Shown here piece after piece: positions 24,895-37,669 of a DNA stretch of 64,000 bases (position 1 is the first letter of the stretch; each line of letters begins with the position of its first letter). Location: positions 97,774,001 through 97,838,000 of the forward strand of contig NC_043005.1 in the NCBI RefSeq assembly GCF_006345805.1, written 5' to 3'. The notes beneath the pieces were generated by a model that made no database searches, was not told the DNA's origin, and saw only the letters and a list, made by a program, of their open reading frames with translations. This DNA is from Octopus sinensis (lineage: Eukaryota). The translations under genes were made by a program, and so were the position numbers.

Positions 24895-25607
24895 TATATT
24901 ATTGGTAGAACTGTTAGCACACTGGGAAAAGTACTTATCAACATGCCTTCTGGTTTTACGTTCTGAGTTCAATTTCCACTTGGGTCACATTTACTTTTAT
25001 CTTTTTGGAGCCAATGAAACAGGTGGGAGTTGAATACTCTGGCCGATGTAATCAACTAATCTCTTCTCCAAAATTTCAAACCTTGTGAATCATCATCATC
25101 ATCATCATTATTATTATCATTATTGTTGTTGTTACAGGTGGCAAGCTGGTAGAATTGTTTGTATGCTGGAGAAATGCTTAGCGGTATTGCATCTGTCTTA
25201 ATGTTCTGAGTTCAAATTCCTCTGAGGTTGACTTTGCCTTTCATTCTTTTGGGGTCAATAAATTAAGTACCAGTGAAACATTGGGGTTGATGTAATCGAC
25301 TGGTTCCCTCCTCGCAAATTTCAGCCATGTGCATTCAGCAGAAACGAATTATCATAATTATTAATATTGTTATTGTTGTTGATGTTGTTGTTTAAGGTGG
25401 TGAGCTGGCAGAATTGTTAGCATGCTGGGTAAAATGCTTAGTGGCACTTCATCCATTGTTATGTTCTGAGTCCAAATTCTGCAGAGGTCGACTTTGCCCT
25501 TGATGCCTTTGGGGTCAATAAAATAAGTACCAGTTGAGCACTGGGGTCGATATAACTGACTTACTCCCTCCCTCAAAATATGAGCCTTGAGCCAAATTTT
25601 GAAACCA

Positions 25608-25646
<39 letters not shown>

Positions 25647-26250
25647 TCGTTTAACGTCCGCTTTCCATGCTGGCATGGGTTGGACGGTTTGACTGAGGAC
25701 TGGCGAGCCAGATAGCTGTGCCAAGTTCAGGATGGCTGCACCAAGTTCAGGATTGATGAAATAATTACCAATTGAGCCCTGGGGTCAATGTAATCAACTA
25801 GACCCTTCCCCCAAATTTCAGGGCTTGTGTCTATATTAGAAAGTATCATCATTATTATTATTATTAAGAAGGTGGCAAGCTGGCAGAATCGTTAGCACAC
25901 CAGGTAAAATGCTTTGTGGCCTTTCGTCTGTCTTCACGTTCTGAGTTCAAATTCCACTTAGGTCAACTTTGCCTTTCATCCTTTCAGGGTTGATAAATTA
26001 AGTACCAGTCAAGTGCTGGGGTCAATGGGATTGACTATTCCTCTCCACCAAATTTTAGGCCTTGTGCCAATAGTGGAAAGAATTATTATTATTGGTTAAA
26101 GCACGAAGAAAAAATAGCTGCTCATGTTCTGAGTTCAACATTGCCTTTTGTCCTTCTGGGGTTAATGAAATAAAATGCCATTCATGTATAGGGGTCAATG
26201 ATACTGACCAATCCTGTTTCTCTAGAAAGAGGGGCCAGGTGTCTGACTTA
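24895..26250 (+). mobile_element. Cluster of about six same-strand SINE family A copies separated by (ATT/GTT)n
   Basis: GTTCTGAGTTC/TCC cores near 24960, 25203, 25463, 25938 and 26127, plus a 3' piece at 25770-25845; one RTE tail (minus) at 25640-25740. Confidence 0.85.
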
Positions 26251-26257
26251 GAAACTG

Positions 26258-26259
<2 letters not shown>

Positions 26260-26297
<38 letters not shown>

Positions 26298-26449
26298 CAC
26301 CACCTCTACCGCTGCCATCGCCACCATCACCATCACCACCACTGCCACCACCGCCGCTGCCCACTCCACCACCACCACTACCACTGCTGCTGTAACTATC
26401 ACTGAAGACATTGCTGTTACTACTACAACTATCACAGCTTCAGCTAAAA

Positions 26450-26495
<46 letters not shown>

Positions 26496-26930
26496 TAATA
26501 ATAATTACAATAACAACAACAGCAGCAACAACAAAAACAAAAACAATGACAACAGCAACAACAGCAACATCAACATCAAGAATGACAACAACAACAACAG
26601 CAGCGGCAGCAACAACAACAACAAACACCCGGAGTCAAAAAAGAGCACCAGTATCTAACCGCTCCAAGAGCTGAATAAAATAGGAAAAAAAATTGTTTTA
26701 AATGATCCCAGAGTGAATTATTGATTATTTGAATGGAACAAACCAGGAAATAATTTATTCCTCAAGGATATGCTGAAAGAATATTAATGATGTTCAGAGA
26801 AGTATTTCAAGACAAGACAAAAAAAAACCCCAGAAAATCTAGAACTGTATTTCAATTTGTCTTTTGATCACCAGCACTACCAATACTACCATCAGCATTA
26901 TAGTCGTCGTCATCATCATCATCATCATCA

Positions 26931-26971
<41 letters not shown>

Positions 26972-27260
26972 TGTCCCCACCACCACCACCACTGCCACCA
27001 CCACCACCACCAACACCACCACTGCCACCACCACCACCACCACCACCACTGCCACCACCACCACCACCACCACCACCACCACCACCACCGCCGCCGACGC
27101 CGCCGACACCACCACCACCACCACCACCACCACCACCACCACCACCACCAACACCACCACCACCTCCACCACCACCACTTCCACCACCGCTGCTGCCGCC
27201 ATGAAGACGGCGACCACCACCACCACCACCACTGCCATTACCACCTGCAGTAACATAAAC
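26260..27260. repeat. Compound trinucleotide tracts (ACT, CCA, AAT, AAC, CAT)
   Basis: Direct reading; poly-T/N/H/P ORFs are artefacts. Confidence 0.92.
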
Positions 27261-27453
27261 ATCCTCACCACTGTCACCTGTTGATGTTGTCGTACCTATG
27301 CCACTGCATTATTTTCCCCACCCACACACTTGTTACCATTTCCAAGCACACTAAAAACAATCTGCATAATATTCCTTCAGATGATATACAACATGTTTTT
27401 AAATATTGTTTGAATTTTGAAGAAAACTGAATTGCCGTCAGCTTTTGAAAAGT

Positions 27454-27485
<32 letters not shown>

Positions 27486-27718
27486 TGTATGTATGTATGT
27501 ATGTATGTAGATGTATATATAACATATATAATACATATATATATATATATATATAGTACGTTTAAATAGTACGTTTAAAGTCGTGTGTTGAAACAGATAT
27601 CGTTATATTTCGGAATGGTCATATTGCCAGTTTAGCCAATAAAAACACAAGCACTATATATTTGGTGTTATTTTGCTTCAGTGATATTTATTTTTTACAT
27701 TAATCTTAATCTTATTTC

Positions 27719-27763
27719 GGCCAAAGTTCTTTCGTCACACTCCTGTGACCGCATCAGTGGTCC
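27719..27763 (-). ncRNA. Minimal hammerhead-like motif, A9C core variant (left arm)
   Basis: GGACCA-CUGAUGC-G-GUCAC-AGGAGU-GUGAC-GAAA-GAACUU-UGGCC: perfect 5-bp helix II, bulged helix I. Confidence 0.55.
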
Positions 27764-28813
27764 TTTGTTTTCTTCTCACTTCTGTCTCTCCTTACTAACC
27801 GTCAGCCATTTTGTATTTCTATTGTATGTCTTCATTTGCGCATGCTTATACCTCTATGTGCGTCTATGTTTATTTAGTGTGTGTGTGGGGGGGATGCCTG
27901 TAATATTTGTATCTTCTGGTTATATACATTCTTGTAATTTGTATTTTGTTTTTGTTGTTTTTGTTCTAATTTTGTTCATGTGTTTACATCCACCCATTAT
28001 TATCATTACATATGCTTGTATGTATGTATAACAACAATATTAGTAATAATAATAATAAATCTAATCGAAAAAAAAAAAAAAAGAATATATATATACATAT
28101 ATATATATACATACATATACATATACATATATATATATATACATATATACACACATATATACACATATACATATACATATATATACACATATACATATAT
28201 ATAGATATTCATTTCTATTTCTTTAATTACCTGTGTATTTATTATGTTTGCAGGATCCACTATTGTCATATGTTGTGGTGTGCGCTATTGCTCCATTCTA
28301 TGTATGTATATATATATATGTATTGGCGTTAGGAAGGGCATCCAGCCGTAGAAACACTGCCAGATTTGACTGGGCCTGATGAAGCCTTCTGGCTTCACAG
28401 ACCCCAGTAGAACCGTCCAACCCATGCTAGCATGGAAAACGGACGCTAAATGATGATGATGATGATGATGATGATGTATATATATATTCTTTTTTTTTTT
28501 TTTTTCGATTAGATTTATTATTATTATTACTAATATTGTTGTTATACATACATACAAGCATATGTAATGATAATAATGGGTGGATGTAAACACATGAACA
28601 AAATTAGAACAAAAACAACAAAAACAAAATACAAATTACAAGAATGTATATAACCAGAAGATACAAATATTACAGGCATCCCCCCCACACACACACTAAA
28701 TAAACATAGACGCACATAGAGATATAAGCATGCGCAAATGAAGACATACAATAGAAATACAAAATGGCTGACGGTTAGTAAGGAGAGACACAAGTAAGTG
28801 AGAAGAAAACAAA

Positions 28814-28858
28814 GGACCACTGATGCGGTCACAGGAGTGTGACGAAAGAACTTTGGCC
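28814..28858 (+). ncRNA. Minimal hammerhead-like motif, A9C core variant (right arm)
   Basis: Identical to the left-arm motif. Confidence 0.55.
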
Positions 28859-28976
28859 GAAATAAGATTAAGATTAATGTAAAAAATAAATATCACTGAA
28901 GCAAAATAACACCAAATATATAGTGCGTGTGTTTTTATTGGCTAAACTGGCAATATGACCATTCCGAAATATAACG

Positions 28977-29008
<32 letters not shown>

Positions 29009-29019
29009 ATGTATCTATG

Positions 29020-29405
29020 TAGCTGTGTGGTAAGTAGCTTACTTACCAACCACATAGTTCCGGGTTCAGTCCCACTGCGAGGCATCTTGGGCAAGTGTCT
29101 TCTACTATAGCTCCGGGCCGACCAAAGCCTTGTGAGTGGATTTGGTTGACGGAAACTGAAAGAAGCCCGTCATATATATGTATATATATATATGTGTGTG
29201 TGCATGTTTGTGTGTCTGTGTTTGTCCCCCTAGCATTGCTTGATACCCGATGCTGGTGTGTTTACGTCACCGTCACTTAGCAGTTCGGCAAAAGAGACCG
29301 ATAGAATAAGTACTGGGCTTACAAAGAATAAGTCCCGGGGTCGATTTGCTCGACTAAAGGCAGTGCTCTAGCATGGCCGCAGTCAAAGAACTGAAACAAG
29401 TAAAA

Positions 29406-29407
<2 letters not shown>
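29020..29407 (+). mobile_element. SINE family B, full length and well preserved
   Basis: GTGTGGTAAGTAGCTT..GGTTCAGTCCC..CTTGGGCAAGTGTCTTCTACTATAG..CGGAAACTGAAAGAAGCCCGTC..(TA/TG)n..GGGGTCGATTTGCTCGACTAAAGG. Confidence 0.9.
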
Positions 29408-29448
<41 letters not shown>

Positions 29449-29784
29449 CACACATATATAAATATATACATACATAAATACATATATGGTGCACCTGAGC
29501 ACTGTATACAATAATTTCATTATAATATGTGTCTGCATGTGTATATGTATTTGCAAATAGATGGATATGTATATATAAATATATAGAGATCTATTTATCT
29601 ATACATGCATACATAGATCTGCACATACATATATGTATGTATATATGTGAGTATATATATATATATATATATGTATGTATAATAATGAAGGTGGCTAAAT
29701 GCAATATGAAACAAAAAAAATTCAAAAAATTCAATTGTCACAAGTTGAGACTGATGGTGGAGGGTAACACCTCCACTGCTAGAA

Positions 29785-30540
29785 ATCATCATCATCATCA
29801 TCATCGTTTAGCGTCCGCTTTCCATGCTAGCATGGGTTGGACGGTTCAACTGGGGTCTGGGAAGCCAGAAGGCTGTACCAGACTCCAATCTGGCAATGTT
29901 TCTACGGCTGGATGCCCTTCCTAACGCCAACCACTCCATGAGTGTAGTGGGTGCTTTTTACGTGCTACCGGCACAGGTACCAGATGAGGCTGGCAAACGG
30001 CCACTGTCGGATGGTGATTTTCACGTGCCACTGGCACGGTGGCCAGGCAAAGTTGGCAACGGCCACGATTGGAGGGTGCTTTTTACGTGCCACCGGCACG
30101 GAGGTCCGTCGGGATGACGCTGGCGACGGCCACGTTCGGATGATTCGCTTATGTGCCACCGGCATTGGTATCACAGCTACAATTTCCATTGATGCTGATC
30201 GATTTCAATTTCGATTTTGATTCTGATTCTCACTTGCCTCAACAGGTCTTCACAAGTAGAGTTTTGTGTCCCAAGAAGGGAAGGTATGCATAAGTGGACT
30301 GGTTACATCCCAGGTAGAGGCCACGGGTTATGGTCTCACTGTCCTGCTGGGTCTTCTCATGCACAGCATACTTCCATAGGTTTCAGTCTCTAGTCATTTC
30401 CTCGGTGAGATCTAAAGTTCGAAGGTCGTGTTTCACCACCTCGTCCCAGGTTTTCCTGGGTCTACCTCTTCCACAGGTTCCCTCAACCGCTAGGGTGTGG
30501 CACTTTTTCACACAACTATCTTCATCCATTCTTGTCACAT
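29785..30540 (-). mobile_element. 5'-truncated RTE LINE (ORF end + ~550-bp 3' UTR)
   Basis: Minus strand HVTRMDEDSCVKKCHTLAVEGTCGRGRPRKTWDEVVKHDLR, contiguous with the UTR that ends GGACGCTAAACGATGATG. Confidence 0.92.
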
Positions 30541-30616
30541 TGAAAAACTGTTACAGCCATAGTAAGCACATTTTATATGCACTGACAGTGGAGATAACCA
30601 CCCCACAGCAAGCGAG

Positions 30617-30666
30617 ATCATTACACTATAGTTTTGTTTGAAAATTACAAACTCATCAGCAGTGAC
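30617..30666 (-). ncRNA. Decayed minimal type I hammerhead
   Basis: GUCACUG-CUGAUGA-GUUUG-UAAUUUU-CAAAC-AAA-ACUAUAGU-G-UAAUGAU: 5-bp helix II with G10.1-C11.1, palindromic helix III; G12 replaced by A and position 17 is G. Confidence 0.5.
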
Positions 30667-31359
30667 TACTCTGACATGGGTAATGATGCAACTTTTCGTG
30701 CACATATCACCAAAAAGGTTGCAATGTGCAGGCGAGTGAACTCTGAATGAACCATGAGAACATTCAGAACAAAGGACAAGGAGATTAAGGTGGGTATTAT
30801 AGTTTAAAAGTATTACTTTACAGTATGTACTGAGTGCATTTTTAAAGCCAGTGGCCATAGTGAGTAAGTTTGCAAGATTTTGAATCACAAGAGAAGTGAT
30901 CTAGAGATCAATGGTTCTAGTATTTGCTATGACAGGATATGAATCAGTTCACTTATATATGCAACATTAACTTATGATAAAAGTAACATAAGAATTGTAC
31001 AAAGTGGTCTGACATCAAAATGTAAGTTGTTTTTGAATATAAATATTTAGACAGAAGCGTTAGTTGGATTAGCACTGGAATATGATGCAATTGTCTATTG
31101 CCAGCTAAGTAAAAAAAGTTTTATGAAATTGGTAGTGAAATACACCTGTGACAAGTGTGAAATAAATGGTAGAGGTGGGATTTGTGTGGAAGTTGATTAT
31201 TTTAGAACTAAGAACATTGAATGTTGAACGAATGAAATGAAATGACACAGGGGAGTTATGTGTATGAAGAGATGTAAGAGCATTGAAGATATTCTCCAAC
31301 CTATACCAGAATAGAAAAACTGATGGTGCCAGAATGAGAACACCAAAGATGGCAGTAGT

Positions 31360-31830
31360 GTTGGCGAAGAAGATGATGATGAGGAAGGTGAAGGGTAAGA
31401 GGAGGAAGAGGATAATGATGATGACAGTAATTACAGCAAAGTTAATGATAACAACGATGATGTTTGTGAATACAGTGACAAAAACACTGCCAGAGAACTG
31501 ATGGTGACCATGGTGATAATGATGATGACAGTGTTGATGATAACAACAATAATGATGATGGTAGTAGTAGTAGTAGTAGTTGTTGGTGGTGTTGTTTGTA
31601 GCAGTGGTGATGATGATGAGGAGAAAGAGAAGGGGTAAGAGGAGGTGGAGGAATAAAAGAAAGAAGAGCAGGAAGGTGCTATGATAAAATGGAAGAAACC
31701 CTGATGATAATGATGACGATGACAACGACGACAACAACAATGAGAATGGTGGTTGTGGTAATGATGATGATGATGATGATGGGTTGGAGTAGGCAGAGGA
31801 GCTGATGGAGAAGGACAATAACTATGATAG
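31360..31830. repeat. (GAT/GTA/GGA)n low-complexity tract
   Basis: Direct reading. Confidence 0.85.
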
Positions 31831-32267
31831 TAATATATATATTAAAAAAATCATCTTTCCAAGACTTTTCAGATTTTAATTTCGTATTTATTATTTTTAG
31901 TTCCTATGTTTTTTGTTATTTTGTTATATTTTTATGATTATTTTTTCCCAATCATGAATCTTTCCAATCATGAACATTTCTTGCTCATTTCTCCCAGGAA
32001 TCTTATTAGATTTCAACTGCAAACCTGTTTCAGGTTCACCTCCCTATATCAATTCTATTTAAAACTACAATACTACTAATATATCACTATGACACTACTG
32101 TTATATTACCTCTATATTACAAACATATTTCTACCATATTACAAATGCATCAAAGACTATCGTCATATTACCACCATATTACTTTCATATTACAACAGCA
32201 TTACTGTCATATTACTGTTATATTTCTCTCATATGGCTATAGGTACAAGCATGGCCTAGATGCAGGC

Positions 32268-32420
32268 ATGGCTGTGTGGTAGGAAATTTGCTTCTTAATT
32301 GCATGGTTTCAGGTTCAATCCCACTGTAAGGCACCTTGGGAAAGTGTCTTCTACTACAACACTAGGCCAACCGATGCTTTGTGAGTGGATTTGGTAGACA
32401 GAGACTGAAAGAAACCCATC
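32268..32420 (+). mobile_element. SINE family B head
   Basis: GCTGTGTGGTAGGAAATTTGC..GGTTCAATCCC..ACCTTGGGAAAGTGTCTTCTAC. Confidence 0.8.
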
Positions 32421-32774
32421 GTGTACACACAGACACACACACACATGTGTGTGTGAGCGTGTGTGTATGTGTGTGTATGTATGTATGTATGTATGTATGT
32501 GTGTGTGTTTATGTATTGCTGTATCTATGTGTGTGTGTGTCTGTGTGCATGTTTTGTCTCTTTGTCTTGACATCTTATGATTGTCGGAAATTCATGTCAC
32601 TCATTTCCAACAATCACGACAATATTCTGCAAAAAGAAAAAGAAAAAATCTGGCTACAGGGAAATATTATCTTGCTTTGAAGCAGATAAGGGTTGGTGAC
32701 AGGAAGAGCACCATGGAAAACCTGCCTCAATAAACTCCATTCGACCCATGTAAGCAAGGAAAAGTAAATTTTAA

Positions 32775-32872
32775 AATGATAACGATGACAATGATAATAA
32801 GAATGACGATGATGATGATGGTGGTGGTAGTGGTGGTGGTGGTGGTGATGATGATGATGATGGTGGTGATGA

Positions 32873-32906
<34 letters not shown>

Positions 32907-33055
32907 GGTGGTGAGTAGGATGATGATGATGATGGTGATGATGATGATAATGATGATGGTGATGATAATGATAATGATGATGACGATGATGATGATGACA
33001 GCGATGATGATGGTGATGGTGGATGTATATGATGATTATGATGATGATTACTGCC
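32775..33055. repeat. (GAT/GGT)n tract
   Basis: Direct reading; poly-M/H ORFs are artefacts. Confidence 0.92.
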
Positions 33056-33489
33056 ACATGACTACCACATTACCATCATGTTACTGTATGACTGTCATAT
33101 TACTATTATATTCATCATTGTTGATTGCGGTTCCTCTGTAGACAATGCTGAATCTCTTTTTCTGATGCCATATATTCATTATCCATAAACATGGCAAAAA
33201 AAAAAAAAATCAAAAAGAAATATAATAATGGAATATAATGAATACTTCAAGTGGATTTGAAGAAAGTTTTCTGAACAAGACTCTTATATACTGACTGAAG
33301 TGTTGCACTGAAGACTTTGGACTGAAGTAAATATTAATATATCAATGACAGTACAAAAAATATACAGTGCAGTACAGTTTTTACTTCATGTATTTTCACC
33401 AATCCTGTGGGATGGGGGTGGGGTTTGGAACAAAGTTGAGAGATTCCTGTAGTTTGAAATAGAAAATGGCCACAGACCTACTGACACAA

Positions 33490-33490
33490 A

Positions 33491-33532
<42 letters not shown>

Positions 33533-33725
33533 AGCATTTAACGTCTGTTTTCCATGCTGGCATGGTTGGATGGTCTGAAGTCTGAAAAGCCAGCAGCTGC
33601 ACCAGGCTCTGATCTGATCTGATCTGGCAAAGTTTCTATAGCTGGATGCCCTTCCTAACGCCAAACCACTCTGAGAGTGTAGCAGGTACTTTTTACGTGC
33701 CACTGGCACAGGAACCAGTCAGGTG
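33490..33725 (-). mobile_element. RTE 3' tail copy
   Basis: (CAT/CAG)n-TTTAACGTCTGTTTTCCATGCTGGCATGG..GGATGCCCTTCCTAACGCC. Confidence 0.82.
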
Positions 33726-34710
33726 GCCCACACATGTTCTTATACACATGCAAACACAAACACATATACAAACACATATAAATACATATAAGTGAGTACA
33801 CACACACACACATATCTGAATATATGGTGAAGTCTCCTGTTGTAGATGACAGATGAGAATTCAACAATTTCTTGCAGAGCAATCTGCACAGATGATGTGT
33901 ATGTAGTGATCAAATGATGGAGCCATGTATTAGCTAATTCCCTGCATCAAATTGATATTTCCTGCACAGGTGCATGGTGTGCCATGCCTCAGATGTTGAA
34001 GTGATTGCAGAGAAATGGGAAATGAAGGGATTTGCTCAAGAACATGATGCACTGCTTGATCCAGGAATTGAAACCACAATCTGGACTTTGTGTGTGCAAC
34101 ATGCTAACCACTTAGCCTTGCACCTTCACTACACACACATACATACATACATACATACATACATGTGTGTGTGTGTATATATGTATATATGTGTGTGTGT
34201 ATATATATATATATTAATTCATCTACTACACATGTGGGAAATTCTGCCTGTGAGTGTGTTTGTGGAGTTGCTAGCTAACTCCTCCTACATCGTTTTTATC
34301 AAATATGATGAGACTTGACACTGGAAACCTCATGGCATACTCAGATTGTTGAAAAAAAATCGATAATATATCCAATATATTTTATTTTAAAAGCCAGGAG
34401 AAATAACCCATCTTTTTCCCAAATTATTTGGTAAAAATCAAATTGGATCTACTTATTTCTTAGTATTTGAACTTTTAGAGTTATTTTCGCAATTTATTCA
34501 GTACACATAAATAAACAAGTAAATAGTATTTTCCTAAACAATAGTTCCACTTATTTCGGTTAGTGACTTATTCATGAATATACCAACACTAGTACCCCTG
34601 AGGGTAATATTCTCTGTAAATGCACAAAAACCGTTTTAAGGGCTACATACTTTACATTATTTACATTATTTACATTTGACGGATACTTGTCCTCATCTTG
34701 TTTGTTGTTA

Positions 34711-34754
34711 ACACAACATTTTGGCTGATATACCCTCCAGCCTTCTTCAGGTGT
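34711..34754 (-). ncRNA. Decayed minimal type I hammerhead (Penelope-type)
   Basis: ACAC-CUGAAGA-A-GGCUG-GAGGGUAUAU-CAGCC-AAAA-UGUU-GUGU: perfect helices I and II; expected GAAAC reads AAAAU. Confidence 0.6.
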
Positions 34755-34769
34755 CTTGGCGAAATTTCT

Positions 34770-36693
34770 GTAGTCAACTGTATTGTCAATCAGGTGGTTC
34801 ACCAAGAAGTCATACCCAACGATTAGTGTAGTAGTACCATAGTCAACTGCTACACAGGTAAAGGTGATGCTTTAGATAGAAATAATTACAGAGCTATCAG
34901 ATTGTTGGATCAGATGATGAAAGTTATGAAGAGAATCATAACCCGACTAATTAGGGAGAGTTAGCCTATATGAGATGCAGTTTGGCTTTGTCCCAGGGAG
35001 AAGCACCACTGATGCTATATTTCTAGTAAGACAGCTGCAGAAGAAATACCTAACCAAAGATAAACCAATGTACTTGGCCTTTGTTATCTTGGAGAAAGCC
35101 TTTAACAGGGTCCCCTGATCCATTATCTGGTGGTCAATGTGAAAGCCAGGGATAGATAAGTGGTTGGTGAGAGCTGTACAAGCTATGTACAGGGATGCTA
35201 CAAGTAAGGTGAGGGTTGACAATGAGTACAGAGAAGAATTCAGGGTATAAGTAGGGGTTTACCATGAATCAGTGTTCTCAACCCCTCTTGTTCATCATAG
35301 TCCTCCTGGCGGTAACAGAGGAATTTAAGACAGGCTGCCCCTGGGAGCTCCTCTATGCTGATGGCCTTGTTCATATAGCTGAATCCCTACCAGAATTAAA
35401 GATGAAGTTTCAGGTATGGAAGGAAAGTCTAGAATCCAAAGGCCTTAGAGTTATCCTAGCAAAAACCAAAGTCTTAATAAGTAGGAAGGCAGATACATCG
35501 CAAATCCCTTCTTGATCTGTAGAAAAGAGTAGGTAGAAACTCCATAAGGTGCACCTGGTGTAAACTTTGAACACATAAAAGGTGCTGCAATATCAGAGGA
35601 AGGTTAACAGGGAAACTAGCTTTTGTATGTGGAAGATACACAGGTAGAATATACTCTGAAAATGTGCAGAAAATAGATTCCATTAATTGCCAGGGAGGCA
35701 AGTAGATAGCTTCCGTTATCTAAGTGAGCAAGTTAGTATTGGAGGTGGATGCTCCGAGAGCGTATCTGGGAGAATAAGATTAGGCCAGGCAAAGTTTAGA
35801 GAGCTTCTAACCATGCTGCAACAAAGGGCCTCTCTCTCAAAATGAAAGGCAGATTAAATGATGCCTGTGTGCAAACAGGTATACAACATGGCAGTGAAGC
35901 ATGGGCTGTGACAGCTAAGGACATATATAGGCTTGAAAGAAATGAAGCCAGTATGCTTCGCTGGATGTGCAATGTCAGTGTGTATGTACAACAAAGTGTA
36001 AGTGTCTTGAGAGAAAAGTTAGGCAGAAGTGGTATTGGATGTGGTGTGCAAAAGAGATGACTGTGCTGGTATGGTCATGTGATGTGTATGGATGAGGACA
36101 GCTGTGTAAAAAAGTGGTGATCTGTAACTGTGAAGGGAACCCGTGATAGAGATAGAAGACATGGGACGAAGTAGTGAAGTATAATCTACAGACTTTGAGC
36201 CTCACAGAGACAATGACTGGTAAGTGAGACCATTGGTGATATGCTGTGCTTGAGAAGTCCTGTCAAGCCAAGTGAAATCGTAGACATAGCTGATGTTGGT
36301 GTCACATAACTGGCACCTATGTTGGTGGCACATAATGAGCACTGTTAGAGCATTGGGCATCATGGAGACAAAGTGGCTGAGTTCCTTTCGAGTGTTGAGC
36401 CTCACAGAGGTAATGACTGAGACCTTTTGTATGATGTCATGCTTGAGAAGAAGACCCATGAAGCCGAGCAAAATTGCCATCATAGTAGATAATGGTGTCA
36501 CACAAATGGCACTCGTGCCAGTGATGCATAAACACCCATTACACTCTTGGAATGGTTGGTATTAGGAAGGACATCCAGCTGTAGAAAACCAGGCCAAATC
36601 ACAGTGGATTCTGGTGCAGCCGTCCAGCTTACCAATCCTGGTCAAACTGTCCAACCAATGCCAACATGGACAACGGACGTTAAATGATGATGA
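34770..36693 (+). mobile_element. 5'-truncated RTE LINE (RT domain to (GAT)n tail), pseudogenised
   Basis: VIPND..VNCYTGKGDALDRNNYR, MQFGFVPGRSTTDAIFLVRQLQ, WELLYADGL, LRWMCNV, WYGHVM; 3' UTR to ACGGACGTTAAATGATGATGA. Confidence 0.92.
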
Positions 36694-37304
36694 AACACAC
36701 ACACTTACATGTATTTAATATAATTATAATTTTTAAACACCAAATGTGTGTGTGTTTGTGTTTCTCTTGTTTAAAGACTATATATTTCAATTTGAGAGAG
36801 ACTTGGCTATTATCTCTTGCTGATTGAGTGACAGCATCCAGGCAATTTCTCTCAATGTTTGGGTGTAGTGATAGCGACCAAAGTAGCAGTGATTGAAGGA
36901 CAAAAATCTATGTTTCCTTTGCTTAATGATGTGAAACTGGAGCAAAGCTATGCACCAACGTTTAACAGCCACTGGGAGCTCTTTGAAACATATTTTATAA
37001 TATAATTATACACTGGTAGGTAGATACAGAGATAAAGCGAAGCCAGTCATCAATCTTTATTTTTTGGTAAATATTATATCTCGTATTGCGAACAACAGCA
37101 CCATTGCTTGCAGTTTCCTAACAGATCGGTCACTGGTTTATTAGTGAAAATAACATGTAACTGTCAGTACAACTTGGGTGAAACAAATACTATGTATGGT
37201 ATTAAGGTATTATAGCTTGAAAGCACTTGTTTATTGATGTTCTTCCTCGTGCTAACAAATTTTACTGATGTACATTGACAAAAGATATGCACATACATAT
37301 GCAG

Positions 37305-37341
<37 letters not shown>

Positions 37342-37355
37342 CACACACACATACA

Positions 37356-37569
37356 CAAGGGTGTGCTGAAAAGTTCCTGTCTTTAAGGGTGTTGCAACAG
37401 GCCTGGTTGGAGACCCAACCCGCCAAGTTATTTTTCAGGGCTTAGAAAAGCTGGACTGCTACAATAAGTGTGTGAGTCTGAGAAGGGAATATGGTGAATA
37501 AAATCATAATTAATTGATCTTCCTGTATTTTCTTCTACCAAAAGCCAGGAACATTCTGGCACCTGCTTG
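37356..37569. mobile_element. Mariner-like MITE (second copy)
   Basis: CAAGGGTGTGCTGAAAAGTTCCTG...AAAGCCAGGAACATTCTGGCACCTGCTTG|TA. Confidence 0.7.
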
Positions 37570-37669
37570 TATGTGCATATACATACATACATACATACAT
37601 ACATACATGAATACATACATACATACATGGGGAGACCTATCGAGTCAAGTACATCAACATCAAATAATC

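Larger units (their letters stand above)
27598..28980. repeat. Long inverted repeat (~500-bp arms 27598-28095 and 28477-28980) between (TA)n tracts
   Basis: Arms are reverse complements with only a few substitutions and one small indel; the spacer holds (TA)n and an RTE tail (28320-28475). Confidence 0.92.
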
